Assembly: GCF_002571385.2 (NCBI RefSeq)
Contig: NW_019217784.1
Span: 1,960,863 to 2,024,862, forward strand
Length of the DNA: 64,000 nt
From: Stylophora pistillata
Lineage: Eukaryota
Direction: 5' to 3'
The notes under the pieces were generated by a model. The model worked only from the letters and a program-made list of their open reading frames with translations, was not told the DNA's origin and made no database searches. Positions 1 through 11,200 of this stretch are shown one piece after another. The translations under genes and the position numbers were made by a program. Every line of letters starts with the position of its first letter. The stretch's first letter is position 1.

Positions 1-782
1 AAATGTTGAACATTATCCACATTCTAGTAACTAGAAATATGTATCTTTCGTCCTCCTCAAAACAATGAGCGAAATAGAAATGAAAAGTTTATGTAACTAC
101 AAATCTAGTCTATAAAGATCACATAATAACAAGTACTTTGTGACGCAATTATTTTTTGTCACGCTTTCATAACATGCTATGGAGATGATCATCGTACGAT
201 CTCTCACGCAAGGCGACACTTAAAAAGTGATCGGTTTTATCGCGACGACTATCTGCTTGGCTAGCAAATATCGAAATATCTTTCACATAAATATTCAAAG
301 ATTGCCCTAATCACTTGACCTTAGAGGCGTTTTTCAGGTGTGTGTGATAAAAAGGTTTGACCGTACTACGTGCTATGAACTTCAACATAACTTAACGAAA
401 CAGAGAGCTGAGACTTACATTTCTAAACGTAACATTACTTTAATTTATGCCTTACTTATCGTGCTATTCGAGTTCATTTAGTAGTCGAAAAGAGAACAAA
501 ATTCGGTTCCTACCTCAGACAGCAACCTGTAACTAACCAGGACTGAGTTATGATAATAATTTGAAACGTGCTAGCCTTGTTTGAGGTGATACGAATGTGG
601 TGCGTGGGAGGCTGAGAATTGAGATCTGACAATTAAATCATGAATCAGCCAAGAAGGATTTAGATGAGGAAAGCGTAGATTAACAGCGAAGATTTATCTC
701 TCTGCACAAAAAACGCGAACAAAATTCCACCGTTAAACACCCGAAAAAGGAAGGGAAAATAAATCTTAGAGGTCTGGCTCAC

Positions 783-837
783 CTTGTGATACCGAAACGA
801 ATGCTTCATCAGATCTTGATGAACATTCAATTTCCAT
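783..837 (-). CDS. Possible first coding exon (MEIECSSRSDEAFVSVSQ) of a gene running off the left edge
   Basis: ATG at 837, open 55 nt, ending in a strong phase-1 donor AAG|GTGAG; no recognisable domain. Confidence 0.3.
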
Positions 838-937
838 CACAGACATCACAGATGACAGAGAGTTATTTGACTGATCGGATAAAACAGAGAACCTTTCTCA
901 TTCAGTTGCCATCTTATTTACAAAAAAAATTAAATCT

Positions 938-1140
938 TTAAACCCTATGAGTGTCTAGCATCTAATTTCTCCTTACAATATCAGCCCTGAGTCACACATT
1001 AAGGTCACAAGAATAAAGGAAATGATCACCAACTAAAGAAGTTCTTGACTGTTAAACAAATTCTCCTTGTCAACACCTTAAGAAATGTATAGAGTACAAT
1101 ATGGAGACTATGTACATTGATGTAAGAGGGTACAGGGCTA
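938..1140. mobile_element. ~200-bp MITE-like interspersed repeat, family A
   Basis: Shares the core 'aataaaggaaatgatcaccaactaaag...aaacaaattctcc' in reverse complement with 15157-15360 and ~21260-21470. Confidence 0.65.
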
Positions 1141-1769
1141 AGAATTTTTCAATCTAAAAATAACTACTGCGGCAAATCTAAGAATCTGATCTCTTCTGCA
1201 GGAGTACTCATCGATCTGCCCTTTTTGCCGAAAAAACTTTCTCGAAAGTTCTTCTGTTGCGTAATAACAATAAGGAAAAGATGATACAGATGTAATCGTG
1301 TAACCAGGATGGGCTAACTTTGTGAGATACGTCTCTGCCAAGGCGATCAGTTATTCCAGAACTAAATAAAAGATATCAACAGAATACTGAAAAAAGTTGC
1401 CAGCACTTAACAATACCAAAAGCCTCGTCACATGACGAACGCCAGGAAATAAATATTAAATAGAAAAAGGCTTTGTACAGTTCGTAGAAAAATAATGCAT
1501 CTTCGAAAATCACTTATATCTCCATTTGCACAAAAACTGTTCACAGTTTCTCTGGTCCAAGGAGCCTGTCTGTATCAAAAGCTAACAACGTTAATCTAGC
1601 TATTTTTTTTCGTGGAACTTCGACAGCTGCCATCCATCGGGAAGCCTGTAGTCTCCAATTTCTTGAATGGTGAACCAGCACCTAAGTGTCTGGAAAAAAA
1701 AAAAAAAAAAAGAAAGAACTCGATAATCTACGCTTTGGGGTTAAACCAGGTCTCCATAAAAAAGTATCT

Positions 1770-1973
1770 TCATTTCCAAGATCTGATTGTTGATTCTCCC
1801 CTTTAGCTGCATCACATTTTTTTGGTAAATTAGTCGTGAGAATTTGGTGTCAGATCAAGGTAACAACTTCTACCTGATAAGTTTGAATATCCCCATTACC
1901 CGTTTGCTAGATAATGTGTGGATATTAAAGGGGGAAGTTACATGTTGATCACTTCTGGGAGTTAAAAGGGTTA
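1770..1973. mobile_element. MITE-like interspersed repeat, family B
   Basis: 'atctgattgttgattctccc...ctacctgataagtttg...gggagttaaaagggtta'; related copies at ~28865-29078, 35140-35312, 35920-36105, 44020-44190. Confidence 0.6.
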
Positions 1974-2180
1974 GGGACCAATGAAAACTCAAAGTAACAG
2001 CACTGGAGCAAACTGACCAAAGCGCGGGAAAACGCGGCTGACAAATCGTGATTGGTTTTAGTTTTACATCTGACTGGTTGAGAGAGTGGCGAGAGTTTTC
2101 TGGACCAATCACAGAGCGGTGTAAAGCAAAACCAATGCAAGCTGGATTGTTCTCGACATTCCATTGAGAACTGCTCTTTA
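1974..2180. mobile_element. Interspersed repeat, family C (ccaatcacagagc / gcgggaaaac)
   Basis: Related copies at ~11565-11790, 17620-17865, 18010-18255, 41540-41750; these account for several spurious ORFs. Confidence 0.55.
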
Positions 2181-2226
2181 AAAAACAATACCTCTTAAGT
2201 ACGGATTATTTGACGCAGCGAGTCGT

Positions 2227-5200
2227 TTAGTCTTCTCCTTCAGCGTCATCCACAGTTTCTCCTTTCTTCAATTTTGCAATTATCTTAAAAGGACAAAGAA
2301 ATAAAAAGTATAAATCGATTGAAAGGAAATGTGAGAGAACAGAATAGAGTCGAGATAGAGCCCAACAACAGTGTCAACTTACTCCCTTCAATCTGTTTAT
2401 CTCTTTGTTGTCGGCGTTTTTCTGAGCATCGTTTGTAATAAGTTTTACACGAGAGGCATACCTATAAGTAGAGAAGACAAAAAGAGTTCTCAAATTATTT
2501 AGAAGGGAAAAAAGTTTCCTTCGTTTCCAGAGCTTACTCTACGTTTACGTTACAAACCAATCACATAATGGCGAAGGCGAAGCGTGAGCAGTCAACCACA
2601 TCGCCCCCACAACAGGTTTGCCACACATGGCATGGGTGGGCAACTAACTAGCTGCTGTTTGCATTTTTTTTTTAAAAGAAAAAGGACATAAACTTTCAAA
2701 ACATTCCAACAAAAATATCGTTAAATGGAGAGCACCAGGAAAAAAAAAACCCCTTCCAATTCATCTGAAATAAACTCAGATACAAGTGTTTTGTGGTCTA
2801 TTATCACCAGTTTCTGAATCAATAATATCAAGCAAAATAAACTGCATTGGTGCCACACTTATTGTAGACTGTTGTCTCCTTCGCAGCCGTTGTTTGGTCT
2901 CGTCACGCGGCGGGCTTCCTCCCCCTATTGCGTGACAGAGCAAACAACAGCTGCGAAGATTTCGCCACCCTCGTTATCAACACTTGGTCGCGAGCGTGTC
3001 TTCGCTCACGCGAATGTATGAGACCTTCAGGAACACGAGCCCGCGAAAGATCTGTCAAGGGTCTGGGAAAGATAACTAGTGCCAGTTCCCCGGCAAACCT
3101 CTCCCCGACATGTCTTACAACGCATACTCTGTCTGGGCGCTTCAGGGGTGGGCTGAGACTCGCTACGCGCCTATAACCTCTAAACAGACACATACTGCAT
3201 GATGCTTCTCATTCCAAAGTTTGGCTACTTCACTTTATAAGGCAACGAGTTCAAAGTTAGTACGATAATTAAATGTTAATGTGCTGATCTGCTAATGCAA
3301 CATCTCATCAATTTTACAATACAAATATTTCAACGCCTTACAACTAGAGCTGTCTTTACATAGACCATTACTATATTGATTCATCTCATTCAAAGGAGAT
3401 GCCTAATCTGTGCACAGGAAAAGTTTTGAGAAGTTTACAGATGTTAAATGTATACATTGCGTCACGTGCGGGGTCAGTCACTATCGGCAAAACAAGTGCT
3501 CAGGTTAAGATAGACAGAAACCGTTGTTAGTGTTCGCAATGTAAGAATTGGGTAAGATAGGGTCATTCGAAATTGAAATTGACATGAAGGATGAAAATGT
3601 TCATCACATGAGCCGAGATTCTTCTTCTAGTAAAATCTCCGTGTGGTCACGTCTAATGTTATTGTGGTAACACAGAGCAGATACATATCGCACAGTATTA
3701 CTACATTTCAAATTATTTCAAAGCGAGAAAAACTGTTTTTATTTGATAAGTTTGTGTTGTGCGCTTAATTTACGGGAAAGATTGAGTGCGATTGATTTCC
3801 AGGTTCCTAAACGGCTATTTTTGCCCTTTAGAAATCGTACGCAATCCTTACACTTGGTATCCGTTGTTCCTTTATGGTTTTCAAATCTTTCTTTTCACCT
3901 ATCAACTTTTCATGTCTTTCTTACAATAGCTATTTGCATTTATCTATGTTTTGCAGAAAAATTTCTATTTTAGTTTCTTACTTTGGTCTCGTCAGTCATA
4001 CGATAGAATATTAAACAAGCCTGGGTTCTGTTTTAAAAGGTCAACTGTAAAAAATAAATTTAGAAACAATATTTTCCCGATTTTTGTTTTGGACTGAACA
4101 CTCCGAGTCGGTGGCAGAAGATTTAAAACTCGAAAAATCTTCGACTATTACAAAGATTTGTTTCTAAAAACTTGCCTTAAACGTATTAGAGTCTTAAAAA
4201 TAGAATAATTAACTCAACTCTGGGCCTTTCACTTCCATGATCTAATAACTAAATCTCCTTTCTGTGAGTAAAAATGTCACTGTGAATATTTTAAGAGAAT
4301 GAGGTGTTGCGTCAATTTAACACAGTCAAGCTGATACACTTCTTTACTCTCTAAAACTGTTGGCTGAAGAATATAGTGATACTTAAGGGAGAAATTTCAG
4401 CCACACGACAAAGGCGACGGAGCAGGAGGAAGGGGACAGGGAGGCTTAAGCCCCCCCCCTCCCCCGAACAAAAATTTGGAAAGCACAGCCACCCCCCACG
4501 TTTTAGTGCTCAAAATATTGCTTCAACACAGAATAAACATTGGTAAAATATTCAATCTTGTAATCTCTGTTAAGAAACAAAATAACTGATAATTAATGTT
4601 TAACCATTTTGGCAGTTGCCAGAGTAATTCTACTTGATTGTATCGCGGGCGCATGCCCTCGTGAGACAGATCGACTATCGGACGCCATCTTGGCTAGTGT
4701 GTAATGACCATGTGCTCCGAATAAACCGTGAAATCTTCGATTCTGAGGTGATCATTTGTACGCGAATTCAACCGTTCCAACGTGTGGGAACAATCTCTTC
4801 CCATCATCGCGCTGAACGAAATAATATGTTCTAAAACTTTTCTTGAACAGCTCCGGCCTGTGTTAGAGAAGATCACCAACCGCAGCAACTCTGCATTAAA
4901 CTTGACAACGCGTCTAGGTAATCGGACATGATGGAATTGTTTGTGGGAACCCGATCGAAAGCTATACCACAAGATTTTAGAATGTGCCGGGAAAAATGAA
5001 AGTAAATCAGAAATCGATCACGGTCACACTTGAAACTGTAAAGATTGCAAAGACGTTTGCTTGTGCCACCGAATGACTCGAAAGGCATTTTGGAAATTTT
5101 AAGTAGGGGTATACGCATGGCTGGGCGAAGATAAGCTGCCCCCACGTTTCAAAACGCCCCGCCACCTCTGTTGATAAATCTCATAAGACCAAGATACTGC

Positions 5201-8200
5201 CAACTACAGTTTAAAATCTGTTCGCAGACATTTTAAGTGATTCTTTCAACCGACCAAACTCAGCAATTTGTTCTCACACGAGCTGCGTGCTCAGCTCCTG
5301 TACTGCTTGTTTATTTTTAAAAAGGTTTGTTACTAACAATAACAACTGTAATAACAGTTGTTCTTTTCTCGCATTTTTTCCTTAAAATACATATTTTGAG
5401 TTCAAATTTGAGGAAATTCAGTGATAAAAGAGTTCTAATTCCAAACGATCTGATATTTGTGAAGACCTAACAAATACGGATCAATATTTGATTTGATTTG
5501 ATTGCAAAACACCTTAACTCTTTGAATTTATGATCTCGTCAACAATTATTCCTTCTAACTCCTTCACACTACCTTGTTGGTCAGTAGTGAAAATTTGACG
5601 TTGTTTTAAGAAACCATGTTCATCCTCAGCTGACAAGTATTCTCGCCACTTGTTCAATGAATAATACGTTGATTTCGGAAAGAGAAGCAGCATACTTCTC
5701 AATTCTGTAACTTCAAGGTTTCAAGCAGTCGGGCAAAGGGCAATTTTAAACCACCACACTCTTACCAATAATGTGCAACAGGGCTCGACACTAACTTTTT
5801 AACTTATTAGCCTGGTGCCTGGTGACAACTTAGAAGTTACGACGATTTCAGTTTGTTTACCAACCAAACTGGTTTGTGGAAATCGAAAACCACCAGCCAA
5901 AACTGAATTTCTACTAGTCTGTGACTGGTTGGCTGAGCTCTAATATTTGTGAAAGTTCCATCCTTCTCAGGTTTTTACAATGATTACTTTTTCCCGATAA
6001 TTTTCAAATTCGATCTTACGCTACCTCTTTGCACTCTTCGTTGCTTTGCGGAGAAAATTTGATATCAGTTTATTGATTTTGGTCTCCTACCTATCCGAGG
6101 AACTTTTCTTTTTTCAAAATATGTGGCTAAATATTTATTCAGTTTAGAAATATAATCCGCTAAAATGCTTAGGATTGAAACTTGGAAATGATAGAGAAAA
6201 CACCCTATAATAACTTTCACTTCTTGATTGCTGTATGGTAAATTAATATTGTAAGGAGAAGCTACATTTCCATCACTTCTTTGACGGCAAGCCAGCTGAT
6301 TCACTGAGAAAAAAGAGTTAAAAAGTAATGTTGCCCTCAGACAAGGAAGAAAACAGCTACTTCCCTAAAAAGTTTATGGACTCCAACATTGTCAGTTTTT
6401 ATTTTTACCTTTTTCAGGTTTACTTCTTTGTTAATTCTTTTCCACGGTAACCAGAAAAGAGTTGTAATGAATAACGCTGCAGAAATCCTAAAATCAGTCC
6501 AGATAGGTTTAGATGATGCCATATTTCTTCTCAAGACTGATCGTGGCCCACATGCGACCCAGTTATGCAATGAATGTGTAATTCTTCTTAAAAACCTTGA
6601 CTCTGGTATTCACCTTGATATTTACGATGTGATATTCAATGCGTACAACGCCATCTCTGGTTTCAAACGTGCGGAAAGATATGCTGAGAAACTTCTTTAC
6701 ACGTTCATCCACGCTGAAAGACTAACCATACAACTAGGTGACAAACTTAAAGCACAGGGCCGGTTTGTAGAGGCAAAGCAATGTTTCAAAAGCGCACTCA
6801 CAACCATGCAAACGATTGGCCACAAAAGAGAAGAAGCAATGGCTCATGAACGACTTGGAAAGGTATGTGAGCGCCTCGCTGAAATGCAGGAGGCAAAAAT
6901 ACACATTGAGAAAGCACTTGCAATCGCGATAGAAATTGGCGACAAACAAGGAGAAGAAATAAGATACGGGAACCTCGGATCTCTGTTGTATTCCCTTTCC
7001 GAATATCAGAAGGCTGTAGTATGTCACGAGAAAGCACTGGCCATCGCGACAGAAATTGGCGACAGACCAGGAGAAGGAGCAGTATACGGGAAACTCGGAA
7101 TTGTGTTTTTGTTCCCTTGGAGAATATCAGAAAGCTAAAGAATATAACGAGAAAGCACTTGTCATCGCGACAGAAATTTGCAACAGACAAGGAGAAGGAA
7201 CATTATACGGGAACCTCGGAGCTATGTTTTGTTCCCTTAGCGAATATCAGAAGGCTAAAGAATAACAAGAGAAAGCACTTGCCATCGCGATAGAAATTCG
7301 CGACAGAAAAAAAGAAGGAACAAGTTATGGGAACCTCGGAACTGTGTTGTATTCCCTTGGCGAATACCAAAAGGCTAAAGAATATAACGAGATAGCACTT
7401 GCCATCGCAATAGAAATTGGCGACAGAAGAGGAGAAGGATTATTATACGGGAACCTCGGTATTGTGTTTTGTTCCCTTAGCGAATAACAGAAGGCTAAAG
7501 AATATCAAGAGAAAGCACTTGCCATCGCGATAGAAATTCGCGACAGACGAAAAGAAGGAACACTTTATGGGAACCTCGGATCTGTGTTGTATTTCCTTGG
7601 CGAATACCAGAAGGCTAAAGAATATCTAGAGCAAGCACTTGCCATCGCGATAGAAATTGGCGTCAGAAAAGGAGAAGGATTATTATACGGGAACCTCGGA
7701 ACTGGTTTTATTCACCGTGGAGAATATCAGAAAGCTAAAGAATATCAAGAGATATCACTTGCCATCGCGATAGAAATTGGCGACAAACAAGGAGATGGAG
7801 CTAGGTACGGGAACCTCGGAACAGTGTTTCATTCCCTAGGCGAAAATCAGAAGGCTATAGAATATCACGAGAAATCACTTGCCATCGCGAAAGAAATTCG
7901 TGACAGACGAAGAGAAGGAACAAGTTATGGGAACCTCGGAGCTGTGTTTCATTCCCTTACCGATTATCAGATGGCTAAAGAACATTACGAGAAATCGCTT
8001 GCCATCGCGAAAGAAATTGGCGACAGAAAAGGAGAAGAAACAAGGCACCAGAACCTCGGAGCTGTGGTTGAATCTTTTGGCGAGTATCAGAAAGCTAAAG
8101 AATATCACGAGAGAGCACTTGCCCTCGCGATAGAAATTGGCGACATACAGGGTGAATGTGCAGCATACCATTGTCTTGGAAATGTTTATTTTCATTTCCG

Positions 8201-11200
8201 AAAAAATCGGCAAGCTAAAGAATATTTGGACAGAGCAGTTGGCAGCAGTATAGCAATTGGTGACAGATTAGGAGAAGCCTGCGTTCTTGTGAGTTTGGCA
8301 ACTGTATTTGCTTCTATGAATGACAATCAGAAAGCAAAAGAACATTGAGAGAAGGCTCTTACCATCATCAGAGAAGCTGGCCATAGAAATATCGAAGCAC
8401 GTGTTTACATAAACCTTGGCAATATATACCAATTACTTGGTGAACGTGGCAAGGCAGAAGATTGTTTAGAGAAAGCTTAGTCCATAAGCAGCCAAACTGG
8501 AGACAAAATGGCTGAGTTTAAATGCTTTCTCTTTCTTCCTAAGTTAAAGATATCGCAAGGGGAACTTGAGGAGGCAAAGAAATATCTTCTACAAAGTTTA
8601 GGAAAATACGAACAAATGAACACTCTTCTGAAAGAAAGCAGTAAACTTAAAATGTCTCTTTTCGAGGAACACGGTACTTTTATCTATCAGTTACTCAGTT
8701 CCTTGCTTTGCCTTATTGGAAAATTTCGAGATGCTCTCTATCTCGAGGAACTGGGACGAGCACGAGTCCTCGCAGAATCAATGGCAGACAAATACTCCGC
8801 GGAAAGCCACATCTCAGCTGATCCACATAAATGATTCGGGATTGAAAAAATCGTGAAAAGAGAAAGTAACTATGTTTTTATGCACATTTCGTATGCACAG
8901 CGGTACGTTCTTTTTTGGGTATTGAAAGCAAATGGAGACACTTGCTTTCGACAAACAGAAGCGAAAGTAAACACTCTTGATGCTGAGCAAGTTTGCGATG
9001 TGGAAGGAATTTTCAAAAAGTGCGCCGCTGGCTTTGGCGTTTTACCCACAGCGAACTGCGAAGATCGATCTCTGTATGACGGCGTGACGACATCTCTTCA
9101 TAAAGAGAATCGAGCAAATTTGCGAGGTGAACAAATCAATGATACCGAAAGAATTCATAATTTGTGCTACAAATGGATTGTCGCGCCTGTGGCAGATTTA
9201 CTTACAGAGCCTGAAATCATCATTGTGCCGGATCGTTTTTCGTATCGAGTCCCGTTTGCTGCCCTGCGTGATGAACCGGCCGGAAAGTGTTTATCGGAGA
9301 AGTACAGAATACGCATCGTCCCTTCAATAACGACTCTCCGTGTCATTGAAGAGAGTCCAGTGGGCTATCACAGTCAAACTGATGCACTGGTAGTGGGTAA
9401 TCCTACGGTTGGCGAAGTGCATTACAATGGACGAGTCATTAACGTTACACCATTGTTCTGTGCAAGTAAGGAAGCAGAGATGGTTGGTCGATTGATGGGC
9501 GTTCAGCCTTTAACAGGAAGTCACGCAACAAAGCAGGCGGTACTTCGAGAAATGCCTCTGGTGAGTCTGATACATCTTGCCGCACATGGAAATGCTAATA
9601 GAGGAGAGATTACCCTCTCTCCTCAACGTAATACTAACAGTGCCCAGTGTACTGCTAAAAGTACTCCAAAAGAGGAAGACTACCTCCTGACAATGTCCGA
9701 CATTCAAGGAGTACAAGTGCGAGCTAAACTGGTTGTACTCAGCTGTTGTCTCAGTGGGCGTGGATTAGTTAAAAAGGAAGGAGTTATTGGAATCGCTCGA
9801 GCATTCTTAGCATCTGGTGCACGTTCAGTGTTGGTAGCATCGTGGGCTATAGAAGACGAAGCAACGGCGAAGCTCATGGAGCATTTCTATAAACACCTTG
9901 TTCGTGGAGAAAGTGCCAGTGAATCTCTTCACCAAGCCGTTCAATGGTTGAGAAGCAATGGGTTCCCCAAAGCTTCCCAATGGGCTCCCTTTGTGCTGAT
10001 AGGGGATAACGTGACGTTTAATTTTGTGAAAAAAGGGTAAGACTGATTGTAATACGCAGTTTTCTGTAATAAACCGATTAACACACTTGACTTTTTCAGT
10101 TTCTTTTTGAAATCACATTATATTTACTTGTTCCTTTCTGTTTATCTTTCTTTCCTCAATGTCAAGAAAAAGAAGTTGATTTTATCTAGTGCTCGGAGCC
10201 GGAAGATTTTGATGAATTGCTTCCTAAAATTTGTCTTAAAAAAGAGTTTCTTTTGTATAGAAGGTAATATTCAGAAATAACTGCTCAAGGTCGATACGAT
10301 GCTAGACATTATGGCGATGAAAGTAATATGAGAAACTTTTAAAAGTTAGCTCTAAAAAAGTTAACTTAATTTTGAAAAAAATTAACCACAGAAACAATTA
10401 AATGATGATCTTTCGAATTAAGCATGGTATGTCCGGCAATAATTTGGAAAGGCTGAAAAATCATAGCCAATGACATTGAAGAAGGAAGTAACTTCTTCTA
10501 TAGGAAATCTGTTCCTTTTGCTTTTAAAGTGAACAGTGACAAATGTAAAATGTTTGTTTCAGGAAAGAAGAAATCAGTGAGGACAACAAAGAGGCAGAGA
10601 GAGGAACAGAGTGACTACTGATCCTGCTCAAAGATTGTTCTTCCCATACAATACCTATAAACAGACACTGGTATTACTTTGCGTAGACATTTTTAGTTTG
10701 TTTCAAAGTCAAGAAGTCGTTTTTGCATGCTTTTGTCAACACGGTTGAATCGAAAAGTGAGCGACAATTAAGTATATCAATAGGGAACTAAAATTAAATT
10801 GGGATGGACAAAATGAACGCAGCAAATTAGGTAAATGTTTAAAAATGTGAGAATGTTGGCGAAGTTTCGTCACGACTCAAAATTATTCCTTGAATAATAC
10901 CACCATGTTCACCAAAGAGTGATAAAAACTGTTCGCAGGTGCTGCAGATGATAGCATGACAAACAAACCGGAGAGTGATAAAAACTGTTCGCAGGTGCTG
11001 CAGATGATAGCATGACAAACAAACCGGAGAGTGATAAAAACTGTTCGTAGGTGCTGCAGATGATAGCATGACAAACAAACCGGAGAGGGATAAAAACTGT
11101 TCGCAGGTGCTGCAGATGATAGCATGACAAACAAACCGGAGAGGGATAAAAACTGTTCGCAGGTGCTGCAGATGATAGCATGACAAACAAACCGGAGAGG

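Larger units (their letters stand above)
6467..10614 (+). pseudogene. TPR-CHAT (TTC28-like) gene with disrupted TPR region and intact CHAT domain, nested antisense in a kinesin intron
   Basis: Acceptor at ~6418, ATG 6467, 40-aa TPR units (GEGxxYGNLG..[21 protein letters not shown]). +1 T frameshift at 7106-7110; stops at 7263, 7485, 8346, 8478, 8832. CHAT frame 8835-10037; donor GG|GTAAG to a last exon 10563-10614 ([16 protein letters not shown]). Confidence 0.88.

Noticed and set aside
2903-3193. GC-richer overlapping ORFs of 82-96 aa
   Set aside because: No recognisable domain; partly overlaps a palindromic repeat.
7263-8834. Stop-codon recoding or selenocysteine in TPR-CHAT
   Set aside because: Mixed TAA/TAG/TGA stops, each one substitution from the expected codon, plus a frameshift; ordinary decay is simpler.
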